A stretch of 32,295 bases of DNA from an uncultured Candidatus Saccharibacteria bacterium (lineage in GTDB: Bacteria > Patescibacteriota > Minisyncoccia > Phycocordibacterales > CAIRYW01): positions 1 to 32,295 of the forward strand of contig CAZKTY010000002.1 of NCBI GenBank assembly GCA_964555825.1. The letters run 5' to 3'. Below the pieces are notes generated by a model. The model saw nothing but the letters and a program-made list of their open reading frames with translations, did no database searches and was not told where the DNA came from. The position numbers and the translations under genes were made by a program. Shown one piece after another: positions 1 to 8,684 of the stretch; the first letter of the stretch is position 1, and each line of letters starts with the position of its first letter.

Positions 1-1262
1 ACACAGCTCTTAACACAGCTAAAGCGGGATACTTAACACGAAGACTTTTCGTTGCTGCTCAAGACGTTATTATTACAAGTGAAGATTGTGGAACAAAAGA
101 AGGAATAATTCTAAGAAAAGAAACTGCTTCAGGAATTGAATCTCCGATCTCAAAGAGTATCAGAGGAAGGGTTTTGGCAGATGATCTAAAAGATCCTAAG
201 GGAGAAGTTATCTTTCCTAAAGGACATCTTATTACAGATGATTGTGCAGCTATTATTGAGAAAGCTGGTGTAAGCGAGGTATTTGCAAGATCTCCTCTTA
301 CCTGTAAATCGAAAGGTGGGATCTGTGCAAAATGCTACGGATTGGATCTTGGAAGGAATAAATTGATCGATCTAGGAGAAGCTGTTGGTACTGTTGCTGC
401 TCAAGCTATTGGAGAGCCTGGAACACAGCTTACAATGAGAACTTTCCACTCAGGAGGAACCGCTCAGATCGGAGGAGATATTACTCAAGGTTTGCCTAGA
501 GTGGAAGAAGTCTTTGAAAAGAGAAAACCAAAGAATCCTGCAGTAGTTTCAAAGGTTGATGGAGTTGTCTCAGAAGTCATTGAAAGTGGCAAAGAAAAGA
601 AGATCGTTATTCTTCCTGAATTAGAGGACAGAAGCAAAGCAAAAAAAGCTCAAGCTACAGAGTACGAAGTTCACAGACTCAGAATGCCATTAGTTAAGAT
701 CGGAGATAACGTTAAGAAAGGAGATCTTCTAACTGACGGTTCTGCTGACATTGATGACCTATTCAAATATGCAGGAAGAGAAAAAACTGAGAACTATATC
801 ATCTCTGAGATCAAAAAACTTTACGAGCTTCAAGGAGAAGCTGTATCAAGAAAACACATTGAAGTTATTGTTCGTCAGATGTTCTCAAGAATAAAAGTTA
901 AAAAAGCAGGAGATACTGTATTTGCTGAAGGAGCAATAATCGAATGGGGAGAACTTTTTGAGGAGAATGAGAAGATGAAGGAACAAGAGAAAGAAGAAGC
1001 AAAGGCAGAACAGATCGTTCTTGGTATAACAGACGTTTCTCTATCAAGACAAAGCTTCCTTTCTGCATCTTCATTCCAACACACTACAAGAGTGTTGATC
1101 CAGTCAGCTGCTCAAGGTGCTGAGGATAAACTTACTGGTCTTATGGAAAACGTTATCTTGGGAAGATTGATCCCAGCAGGAACAGGATTCAAAGGAAGTG
1201 AAAAATCTAAAATGATAGAAGATCTTCAAGCTACTTATAGAGACGAGGTGCAGGCTGAGTAA
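1..1262 (+). CDS. rpoC: DNA-directed RNA polymerase beta-prime subunit, C-terminal part (5' end outside window)
   Basis: Frame 3 is open from nt 3 (TALNTAKAGYLTRRLFVAAQDV...) and runs into the listed ORF 174-1262. Conserved beta-prime motifs are present: AGYLTRRL, GEPGTQLTMRTFHSGG, SFLSASSFQHTTRVL, GRLIPAGTG. Confidence 0.95.
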   Translation, partial: TALNTAKAGYLTRRLFVAAQDVIITSEDCGTKEGIILRKETASGIESPISKSIRGRVLADDLKDPKGEVIFPKGHLITDDCAAIIEKAGVSEVFARSPLTCKSKGGICAKCYGLDLGRNKLIDLGEAVGTVAAQAIGEPGTQLTMRTFHSGGTAQIGGDITQGLPRVEEVFEKRKPKNPAVVSKVDGVVSEVIESGKEKKIVILPELEDRSKAKKAQATEYEVHRLRMPLVKIGDNVKKGDLLTDGSADIDDLFKYAGREKTENYIISEIKKLYELQGEAVSRKHIEVIVRQMFSRIKVKKAGDTVFAEGAIIEWGELFEENEKMKEQEKEEAKAEQIVLGITDVSLSRQSFLSASSFQHTTRVLIQSAAQGAEDKLTGLMENVILGRLIPAGTGFKGSEKSKMIEDLQATYRDEVQAE

Positions 1263-1324
1263 TTAGACAGGTCATAAGTTTTGAAGTTTTTAGTTGTTAA
1301 GTTTTTTTTTGCGACCAAAAAATA

Positions 1325-3004
1325 ATGTCCTCCACAGTTGAAAAAATAAAAGAAAAACTTTCCATCGAAGAAGTGGTAGGTTCCTATATTACTCTTGAAA
1401 AAGCAGGAACCTACCTGAAGGCTAGATGTCCATTTCATCAAGAAAAATCTGCTTCTTTCTTTATCTCTCCAGAACGAAATACTTATTATTGTTTTGGATG
1501 CGGTCAAAAAGGAGATATTTTTTCTTTCATAGAAGAAATGGAAGCTTTGGATTTCTTAGGTGCGCTTAAGATCCTTGCAGAAAGGGCAGGAGTAGAGATA
1601 GAGAAAGAAGATAAAAGAGAAAAGAGTGAGAGAGAAAAACTCTTTGAGATAATGGAAGATGCAACTTCATTCTTTGAGAGGAAACTCCGTGATTCAAAAG
1701 AAGCTCTTATATATTTGAAGGATAGAGGAGTATCAATTGAATCTCTGAAAAAATTTAGAGTTGGTTTTGCTCCAGATGAATGGCATTCTCTTATCGAAAC
1801 ACTAAGAAATAGATGGAATGAGAATGATCTACTTCTTGCAGGTCTGATCAAGAAAGGTCCCAAAGGTAATTACGATACTTTCAGAGGGAGGGTCATGTTC
1901 CCGATCTTTGATGCTAGCGGGAGAACTGTTGCTTTTTCTGGAAGGATCTTAAAGAAGGAAAGTGAAGAAGCAAAATACATAAATAGTCCAGAAACACCGA
2001 TCTTTGAGAAAAGTAAAACTCTTTATGGGATCAATTTTGCAAAGAATTCCATAAGAGAAAAGAAATATGCTGTTCTTGTAGAAGGACAGATGGATCTAGT
2101 AATGAGCCATCAGGCAGGAGTTGATAATGCTGTTGCAACTAGCGGAACGAGTCTTACCTATGATCATTTGACCTATTTGAGAAGAATTACAGATACTTTA
2201 GTGATCTCTTTTGATTCAGATCAGGCTGGGATCAGCGCATCTTTCAGGGCCTCTTTAATGGCTCTCGAAAAGAATTTTTTTGTTAAAGCTTCGGTTATTG
2301 ATTCAGCTAAAGATCCTGCAGACATAGTAAAGTCAGATCCAAAACTTTGGCAAAAGATCGTAGATGAGGCACCGAGTGTCATTGATTATTTTCTTTCTAT
2401 TGCAAAAAAAAGGATAGATGCAAATGAGAGGAACGATGCAGACACGATCTTAAAATCCCAGATACTTCCACTTGTGAGATCTATTGAAAGCTCGATTGAC
2501 CAATCAAGGATATTGAGCAAAGTGAGTCTGGAATTTGGTCTTCCAGAGGGAGCTCTTAGGGATGAGATGAAAAAGATAATCATAGAAGAAACACCCAGCC
2601 CAGCTTTAAAAACAAATAAGGCTCAGAAAGATAGAAGTTATCTGCGCAAAGCTCTTTCTGTTCTATTTGTTATGAGAGAACTAGACAAAAGTAAGGCAGA
2701 TGAGTTTGAGAAAAAGGTTTTAACTCTTGCTGGTCTTCAGACCATTCCTGAAGATGATAAAGAGGAAATATATTTTGAAGGAAAAATGAATTATGGATCA
2801 AATGATCTGGATTTTTATCAAAGGGAAGCACTTTTTATGTTAGAAGACGAAATTTTAAGAGATAGGCTCTCAAGATCAATTGAGAGGTTAAAAAAAGCAG
2901 AAGCAGTAAAAGACAAAGAAGAAGAAAGTCGGCTTCTTCATGAGTTTCAAGAGATCTCCTCTGGTCTGTCAAAGCTTTCAAAAAAATATGATATTATTCG
3001 CTAA
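1325..3004 (+). CDS. dnaG: DNA primase
   Basis: CHC2 zinc finger ([11 protein letters not shown]...[11 protein letters not shown]), primase core, TOPRIM ([10 protein letters not shown] ... SFDSDQAG). 559 aa. Classic position upstream of rpoD. Confidence 0.9.
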   Translation: MSSTVEKIKEKLSIEEVVGSYITLEKAGTYLKARCPFHQEKSASFFISPERNTYYCFGCGQKGDIFSFIEEMEALDFLGALKILAERAGVEIEKEDKREKSEREKLFEIMEDATSFFERKLRDSKEALIYLKDRGVSIESLKKFRVGFAPDEWHSLIETLRNRWNENDLLLAGLIKKGPKGNYDTFRGRVMFPIFDASGRTVAFSGRILKKESEEAKYINSPETPIFEKSKTLYGINFAKNSIREKKYAVLVEGQMDLVMSHQAGVDNAVATSGTSLTYDHLTYLRRITDTLVISFDSDQAGISASFRASLMALEKNFFVKASVIDSAKDPADIVKSDPKLWQKIVDEAPSVIDYFLSIAKKRIDANERNDADTILKSQILPLVRSIESSIDQSRILSKVSLEFGLPEGALRDEMKKIIIEETPSPALKTNKAQKDRSYLRKALSVLFVMRELDKSKADEFEKKVLTLAGLQTIPEDDKEEIYFEGKMNYGSNDLDFYQREALFMLEDEILRDRLSRSIERLKKAEAVKDKEEESRLLHEFQEISSGLSKLSKKYDIIR

Positions 3005-3015
3005 TTAAAAAAAAT

Positions 3016-4233
3016 ATGAAAAAAAAGAAAACAACAACAAAAAAAACTCAGGTGAAAAAACAAGTGAAAAAGACCATAAAAAAAGCTGTAAAGAAGGTTG
3101 TTAAGACCAAGGAAAAAAAGGTCTTAAAAAGTAAGAAGCCTGTTAAGATCTCTGCTGCAAAAAAAAGTGAAGAGACAGAAAAGAAGGCTGTTCTTCTTAT
3201 TGCAAAAGGAAAAGAACGAGGTTTTATAACATACGATGAGATCTTGAAAAGTTTTCCAACAGTGGAAGACGATGTTGTTTTCTTGGATTCACTATATGAA
3301 AGACTAACAACTAGTGGCATTGATATTCTCGAAGGAGGAGGTTTCCTTGACATAAAGACAAATGACGAAGATTTTTTGAAAAAATACGGAAGCAAGAGAG
3401 AGAATTACGATTCCATTCAAATGTATCTTAAGGAGATAGGGCAGTATCCTTTGATCCATGCGGCTGAAGAGAAAGATCTTGCAAAGAGAATTCAGAATGG
3501 TGACGAAGAGGCAAAGAACCTTCTGGCTAAAGCGAATCTTCGTCTTGTTGTATCAATTGCTAAAAAATATGTAGGAAGAAGTCCTGATCTAACTTTGTTA
3601 GACCTTATTCAAGAGGGAAATCTCGGTCTTTTCAAAGCTGTAGATAAATTCGACTGGACAAAAGGGTATAAATTCTCAACTTATGCTACTTGGTGGATCA
3701 GACAATCTATTACCCGTGCTCTTGCAGATCAATCAAGAACAATTCGTGTACCTGTTCACATGGTTGAGACGATCGCAAAATATAAACAGGTTGTCAGAAG
3801 ACTTAGTCAGGATCTAGGAAGAGATCCAATGCCAGAAGAGATCGCCGTTGAGATGGGACTTGATGTTGATAAGATCTATCAGATCGAAAAGATCGATCAG
3901 ACAACAGTCTCTCTTGATACTCCTGTTGGAGATGATGGAGATGAGAAAACTACATATGGAGATTTTATTGCTGACGACAAGATCCCTTCCCCAGATCAAG
4001 ATTCCTCACAGAGGATTCTCAAAGATCAAGTTGGTCAGATACTGAATGATCTATCAGAAAAAGAAAGAAGAATACTCGAGATGAGACATGGACTTTTGGA
4101 TGGTATCCAGCACACTCTTGAAGAAGTAGGGAAGACCTTTGCAGTGACCCGAGAAAGGATCCGACAAATTGAAGCTAAGGCTCTAGAAAAGATCCGCTTG
4201 CATGATAATGTTGCAAGACTTAAGAACTATTAA
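3016..4233 (+). CDS. rpoD: Primary (housekeeping) sigma-70 factor with lysine-rich N-terminal tail
   Basis: Region 2 ([40 protein letters not shown]), region 3, and region 4.2 ([24 protein letters not shown]). Starts 11 nt after the dnaG stop. Confidence 0.93.
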   Translation: MKKKKTTTKKTQVKKQVKKTIKKAVKKVVKTKEKKVLKSKKPVKISAAKKSEETEKKAVLLIAKGKERGFITYDEILKSFPTVEDDVVFLDSLYERLTTSGIDILEGGGFLDIKTNDEDFLKKYGSKRENYDSIQMYLKEIGQYPLIHAAEEKDLAKRIQNGDEEAKNLLAKANLRLVVSIAKKYVGRSPDLTLLDLIQEGNLGLFKAVDKFDWTKGYKFSTYATWWIRQSITRALADQSRTIRVPVHMVETIAKYKQVVRRLSQDLGRDPMPEEIAVEMGLDVDKIYQIEKIDQTTVSLDTPVGDDGDEKTTYGDFIADDKIPSPDQDSSQRILKDQVGQILNDLSEKERRILEMRHGLLDGIQHTLEEVGKTFAVTRERIRQIEAKALEKIRLHDNVARLKNY

Positions 4234-4277
4234 GATTTCTTGACTACATTCCAAGATTTGCTAGTCTTGGCGGTAGA

Positions 4278-4868
4278 ATGAATATAAATCCAGAGATCTG
4301 TTGTTTCCAAAAGGTGGAAAATAATGAAGGGTATCCTGGAGGAGGAGGTTGTTCCAGTCAATACCAGCAAAGTAGCAGGATGTATCTTGCACTGCCAACT
4401 CACGAAGGAAGCGGGATTGTCTATTCAAGGAAGCAGCGTTCCGAATTATCAGAAGAGGAAGGAATGTCTGAGGGACGTATGTGGATCGAGCGTAAGTTGA
4501 CCATGACTCGACTTGCATTTGCTGCTGCAGTTTTCAATTCACTCTCTTTGTGGAATGATTGTGGGACTTTCTACATGATCAACGGGAGTAGTCCTTACAT
4601 GAACAAGTTTCGAGGTGCTGTGGTAATTGCTGATGATACTCTGCCTTGTTTGGAGATAGAAATTCTGAAAGAAAAAGGCTTTGAACTTTTTGGAAAGAGA
4701 GATGAGAAAAAAAGATTGGTCATCTCGCTTTTGTCTTTTTCTAAAAAAGCTTGGGAGATCATCCTAAATGAAGGGATGATATGTCTGCCGGAAAGTCTTG
4801 GCAGTCAACTCGATCTTTTTCAGGGAGAATTTTCGAGCTATCAAAACCAACTAAAAACTGGTTATTAA
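4278..4868 (+). CDS. Doubtful orphan ORF (196 codons); may instead be a structured RNA, with or without a short 3' ORF starting at 4599
   Basis: The ORF is open, but the first ~110 codons are atypical for this window. They are rich in G/S/C/M/W and poor in K/E/I, and none of the first seven Arg codons is AGA, against 13 of 22 in rpoD by my count. The opposite strand (4261-4518) and a second + frame (4324-4500) are also open. No family recognised. Confidence 0.3.
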   Translation: MNINPEICCFQKVENNEGYPGGGGCSSQYQQSSRMYLALPTHEGSGIVYSRKQRSELSEEEGMSEGRMWIERKLTMTRLAFAAAVFNSLSLWNDCGTFYMINGSSPYMNKFRGAVVIADDTLPCLEIEILKEKGFELFGKRDEKKRLVISLLSFSKKAWEIILNEGMICLPESLGSQLDLFQGEFSSYQNQLKTGY

Positions 4869-4870
4869 TA

Positions 4871-4895
4871 TGGACTGTAAAAGGTCCAATTTTTT
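4871..4895 (+). terminator. Rho-independent terminator-like hairpin
   Basis: TGGAC (4871-4875) pairs with GTCCA (4884-4888), followed by A and a T6 run (4890-4895). It lies 3 nt after the ORF stop and 35 nt before the helicase ATG. The stem is short (5-6 bp). Confidence 0.5.
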
Positions 4896-4929
4896 ATAAA
4901 AGGTAAGTTTATTTTTAAGATATGAGATA

Positions 4930-7857
4930 ATGTGCTCAATGAAAGACGAGAAATTCTTAGAAAAATACAAAAGTCTCACTGCAGAGCAAAAGGAGGCTGT
5001 AGATGCCATAGAAGGGCCTGTAATGGTCATAGCTGGGCCTGGAACTGGCAAGACGACCATTCTTACTTTACGCATTGCAAACATTTTACGCCTGACAGAT
5101 ACGCCTCCGTCTGGCATATTGGCCATTACTTTTACCGACTCAGGTGTTAAGGCTATAAAGAATAATCTAAGAAAGATAATAGGAAGCAGGGCTGATGAGA
5201 TCAGGGTCAATACATTTCATAGTTTTGCTTCATCTTTGATCTCTGAATATCAGGAACATTTCGTACATTTGGATCGTTCTGAACAAATAACTGAGATAGA
5301 AAGTGAAGACCTAATAAAAAAGATCCTAGAAAAAAAAGAGTTTGTGCCTTTAAGACCTTTAGGAAAACCAGAATTTTATATTAGATCTATTATCCATACG
5401 ATAAGTGAATCAAAAAGAGGCAACGAGAGTCCAGAGAAGGTCATGAATTTTGCAAAAGAAAAGATCGAGGAAATAAAAAATGATGAGAGTTCGATCTCTA
5501 CCAGAGGTGAAAGCAAAGGAGGATTAAAAGCAGACGCAAAAAAAATAATTGAAAAATGTGAAAAGACGATGTTGTTCTCTAAGGTATATTCTGAGTATGA
5601 AGAGCTCAAGAAGGGATCAAATAAGATAGATTACGATGATCTGATCACTGAACTTCTTTATGCATTGAAGAACGATAAGCTTTTTTTACAGCTTATTCAG
5701 GAAAAATTCTTATATATCTTAGTCGATGAGCATCAAGATACGAATGATGCTCAGAATGAGATCATCTCACTTATTGCTAATTTTTTTGATAATCCGAATG
5801 TGTTCATTGTTGGAGATGAAAAACAGGCGATCTACCGTTTTCAAGGTGCTTCGGTCTCAAACTTTCTACGTTTTGAAAAGGCTTGGAAAGATATGAAAGT
5901 CATTGCTCTTGAAGATAATTTTCGTTCGCATCAGCATATTCTTGATGCCAGTTTTGAGATGATAGAGAACAATTATAAAGAGGGTGAACATATGAAACTC
6001 AGGATAAAGCTCAGGGGGCATAGAGATGATCCAAAGCCTATAGATGTTGTTTCTATTCCAGATATTTTTTCAGCAGAAGAGTATCTAAGTAAAGAAATAG
6101 ATCAGATCCTAAAAAAAGAACCAGGAGCTACTATTGCGATAATCACTAGAAAAAATAAAGATCTAGAGGAGATGATCAAAGCTTTGTCCGAGAGAGGAAT
6201 AAAGGTTTCGTCAGAAAGGATCATTAATATCTTCTCTCATCCTATTGGTCTTATATTTTTTTCTTTGATCGAATTCTTGAGTGATCCTTCCAAAATAGAA
6301 TTACTTAGTAAGACAATAGCTGCTGGACTTTGGAACTTAGATCTTGAAGGGGAAGTTGAAGTGATCAGGTCACTTAAGACAAATAATTTTGAAAAGATAG
6401 AAAAGATCATTCCTGAATTAAAAGATATAAGGAAAAACATAATAGACGATGATCCAATAAATTTTTTAATAGAGGTGGTCAAATTGTCTGGGTTCGAAGA
6501 GATAATAGCAAGGGATCCAAGTTTTGTTGAAGTTTGGAGAGGAATAATTTCCTTGTCAGAACAGATAATAAGACAGGGAGATATTAGTAGTCCTCAAGTT
6601 CTGATGGAAAATTTGATCTCATATAAGAGTTCTGCCGAAGATAAAAGTGTTAAAGTATCAATTGGATCACCTGAAACACATGTTCTTGGAATGACGGCTC
6701 ACGGAAGCAAAGGACAAGAATTTGATTATGTTTTTATTCCATATGCTACAGAAGAAGCTTGGATCAGTAAAAGGCACTCTGAGTATTTTATTATTCCTGA
6801 AGTTGTAAAAGAGGAAGACGAAGATATCAAAGATATCCGCAGGTTGTTCTATGTTGCATTAACTAGAGCAAAGAAACATGTCTCGTTGATCGTCCCAGAA
6901 AAAAACAAAGATGAAAAACTCTTAACACCTCTTCGATTCATCGCTGAATTGAATAAGGGATCAATAAAAGAAAGATCAATGCCTCAGATTCCAAATGATC
7001 TTGTCTCAAAGATAGATCCACAAAGACAAAATAATGAAAAGATCATAGATCATACAAAGAAGGTCCTTGTAGATAGCGGTCTATCTGTCACTGCTTTGAA
7101 CCACTTCTTAAGATGTCCAAGTGAGTTCATTTGGAAGAGTATATTAAAAGTCCCAGAAGGTCCGAATGCATCATCTGAGAAAGGAAATGCGATGCACAAA
7201 GCTTTTGATCAAATCTGGAAGTCTTCAAAAAGAGATGAGATATCGGTAGAAAGAATAATTAAAGATGAGGTCACTAAATACGTTAGTAATTCTTTGTTGC
7301 CCAATTTTGAGAAAGAAGCTGTTATTGATGAACTCTTGAAAAATGCTCCAAAAGTTGCACATAGTCTCATAGGTCATTTGAATACTGATGGCGAGGTTCA
7401 TGCAGAAGAATGGAGTGAAAGTACTTTTAATGGAAATTGGGGTGATGACAAGATATTGATCCCAATACACGGAAAGTTAGATGCTGTTATTCTCAAGGAA
7501 AATGAGGTTTTGATATTTGATTATAAAACTAAGGGAAAAATGAGTATCAATGAGATAAAAGGTAATACAAAGAGTTCGAATGGTGATTATTTCCGTCAGC
7601 TGGTATTTTATAAGCTACTTTTGATAGATGATCCTAGGTCTTTAGGAAAAAATATCATTCCTGCTTTGGTGTTTTTAACTCCAGATGAAAAGGGTAGATG
7701 TGCAATCGAAAGTTTTCAGATCCTAGATACTGATATTGATAAAATAAAAGAAAATATCCAGTCTCTTATTGATTCGGTCTGGTCGGGTAAGATCCTAGAA
7801 AAAAAATGTGATGATCCTGATTGTGAGTACTGCAGATTAAGAGATATCTGGAAATAA
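4930..7857 (+). CDS. SF1 UvrD/PcrA-type helicase fused to a C-terminal PD-(D/E)XK (Cas4/AddB-like, Cys-cluster) nuclease
   Basis: Walker A AGPGTGKT; motif II LVDEHQDTN; motif III VGDEKQAIYRFQGA; motif V TAHGSKGQEFDYVF; motif VI YVALTRAKKHV. The C-terminal domain has RCPSEF, HGKLDAV...IFDYKTKG, a QxxxY-like FRQLVFYKLL, and a terminal CDDPDCEYC. Confidence 0.85.
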   Translation: MCSMKDEKFLEKYKSLTAEQKEAVDAIEGPVMVIAGPGTGKTTILTLRIANILRLTDTPPSGILAITFTDSGVKAIKNNLRKIIGSRADEIRVNTFHSFASSLISEYQEHFVHLDRSEQITEIESEDLIKKILEKKEFVPLRPLGKPEFYIRSIIHTISESKRGNESPEKVMNFAKEKIEEIKNDESSISTRGESKGGLKADAKKIIEKCEKTMLFSKVYSEYEELKKGSNKIDYDDLITELLYALKNDKLFLQLIQEKFLYILVDEHQDTNDAQNEIISLIANFFDNPNVFIVGDEKQAIYRFQGASVSNFLRFEKAWKDMKVIALEDNFRSHQHILDASFEMIENNYKEGEHMKLRIKLRGHRDDPKPIDVVSIPDIFSAEEYLSKEIDQILKKEPGATIAIITRKNKDLEEMIKALSERGIKVSSERIINIFSHPIGLIFFSLIEFLSDPSKIELLSKTIAAGLWNLDLEGEVEVIRSLKTNNFEKIEKIIPELKDIRKNIIDDDPINFLIEVVKLSGFEEIIARDPSFVEVWRGIISLSEQIIRQGDISSPQVLMENLISYKSSAEDKSVKVSIGSPETHVLGMTAHGSKGQEFDYVFIPYATEEAWISKRHSEYFIIPEVVKEEDEDIKDIRRLFYVALTRAKKHVSLIVPEKNKDEKLLTPLRFIAELNKGSIKERSMPQIPNDLVSKIDPQRQNNEKIIDHTKKVLVDSGLSVTALNHFLRCPSEFIWKSILKVPEGPNASSEKGNAMHKAFDQIWKSSKRDEISVERIIKDEVTKYVSNSLLPNFEKEAVIDELLKNAPKVAHSLIGHLNTDGEVHAEEWSESTFNGNWGDDKILIPIHGKLDAVILKENEVLIFDYKTKGKMSINEIKGNTKSSNGDYFRQLVFYKLLLIDDPRSLGKNIIPALVFLTPDEKGRCAIESFQILDTDIDKIKENIQSLIDSVWSGKILEKKCDDPDCEYCRLRDIWK

Positions 7858-7860
7858 ATA

Positions 7861-7886
7861 AAAAAGGGGCTTTCAGCCCCTTTTTT
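7861..7886. terminator. Bidirectional intrinsic terminator between convergent genes
   Basis: AAAAA-GGGGCT-TTC-AGCCCC-TTTTTT: a GC-rich 6-bp stem flanked by an A-run and a T-run. It sits between the helicase stop (7857) and the dsbA-like stop (7907). Confidence 0.8.
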
Positions 7887-7906
7887 ATTTACCAAGTTTT
7901 ATTTTC

Positions 7907-8656
7907 CTACTGGTTCTTGATTATGCTATCAAGTGCTGTTTTGATGGTTGAATAAGGTACAGCTCCTGGGATTACTACGATTCCGTTCTTACTCATGATG
8001 AATGAGCTAGGAGTTCCGTTTACCTGAGATTTCAATCCTTCTTGATATAGACTCTCGATCTTAGATGTGTATTTTCCACTTGAAAGACATTTATCAAAAG
8101 CAGCTTGATCTACTCCTTCTGCGACTGCATATTTATCCAAGTTCTCTAAACTACCAGATGATTGGTCAGTGAATACTTTTCCAATGTATTCCCAGAATTT
8201 ATCATTACCTCCAAGTTCTGCTATACATTCAGCTGATTCAGCTGCTTTTCCTCCTAGTGGGTGGAAAACTGATCCATCTGGAAGTTTTCTAACTGACCAG
8301 AAGCTTCTGTATATCCAAGCAACTTTTCCATTGTAGTCTGTCATTACTTGTCTCATTGTTGCGTCGAATTCCTGACAGTAAGGACATTGTAGATCACTGT
8401 ACTCAACTATTTTTATTGGGGCATTTGGATCTCCAATAATATGATCTGTTGAATCAGCTGGTCTTACATTAAGATTTTGTGTAGCTGTTGCAGAATTGTC
8501 TTGGGTGTCAGTCTTTGGAGTTTTGTCATGGTAAAAGACTGCTAAGGCTATAATCCCGCCAGCAAGAACAATTGCCAATGGGATTGCCCAAGGGTTTTGC
8601 TTTGGATGGTGATGATTGTGTTCGTGTAATGGTTCGTGCAAAGTTTCGTTTTCCAT
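7907..8656 (-). CDS. DsbA-family thiol:disulfide oxidoreductase, membrane-anchored, with His-rich N-terminus
   Basis: Thioredoxin-fold CxxC motif (DLQCPYCQEF). N-terminal hydrophobic helix (WAIPLAIVLAGGIIALAVFY) preceded by HEPLHEHNHHHP. Confidence 0.8.
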   Translation of the reverse strand: MENETLHEPLHEHNHHHPKQNPWAIPLAIVLAGGIIALAVFYHDKTPKTDTQDNSATATQNLNVRPADSTDHIIGDPNAPIKIVEYSDLQCPYCQEFDATMRQVMTDYNGKVAWIYRSFWSVRKLPDGSVFHPLGGKAAESAECIAELGGNDKFWEYIGKVFTDQSSGSLENLDKYAVAEGVDQAAFDKCLSSGKYTSKIESLYQEGLKSQVNGTPSSFIMSKNGIVVIPGAVPYSTIKTALDSIIKNQ

Positions 8657-8684
8657 TTTGTTATTTAATAATTAATAATAATTC

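Noticed and set aside
4251-4270. Hairpin CCAAGA-TTTGCTAG-TCTTGG after rpoD, considered as the rpoD terminator
   Set aside because: No T-run follows it. It may still be a weak terminator or part of the downstream RNA candidate, so it is not called as a feature.
4234-4929. Known RNA families in the unexplained unit. AAGGAAGCAGC (4427-4437) resembles the SRP RNA domain IV motif. GGAAAGTC (4790-4797) on the + strand, and AGAAAGTCCC on the minus strand (complement of 4564-4573), resemble the RNase P P4 5' strand.
   Set aside because: The SRP-like motif lacks the preceding CAGG...CC-GNRA tetraloop context and a closing helix. An RNase P starting at 4790 would run into the helicase CDS. The minus-strand candidate has no complementary P4 3' strand (ACAGAA...GGGCUU type) and lacks the GGUAA and GUGAAA elements. 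There is no tmRNA 5' GGGG...UUCGAC or 3' UCCACCA. No riboswitch core was matched by eye. A covariance-model scan is still needed.
4930-7857. Helicase-nuclease read as an anti-phage defence gene (Nhi, Hna or Gabija GajB-like)
   Set aside because: There is no partner gene (such as a GajA-type ATPase), no flanking mobile or defence genes, and the context is housekeeping. The UvrD plus AddB/Cas4-type architecture fits a DNA-repair end-processing enzyme better. Not formally excluded.
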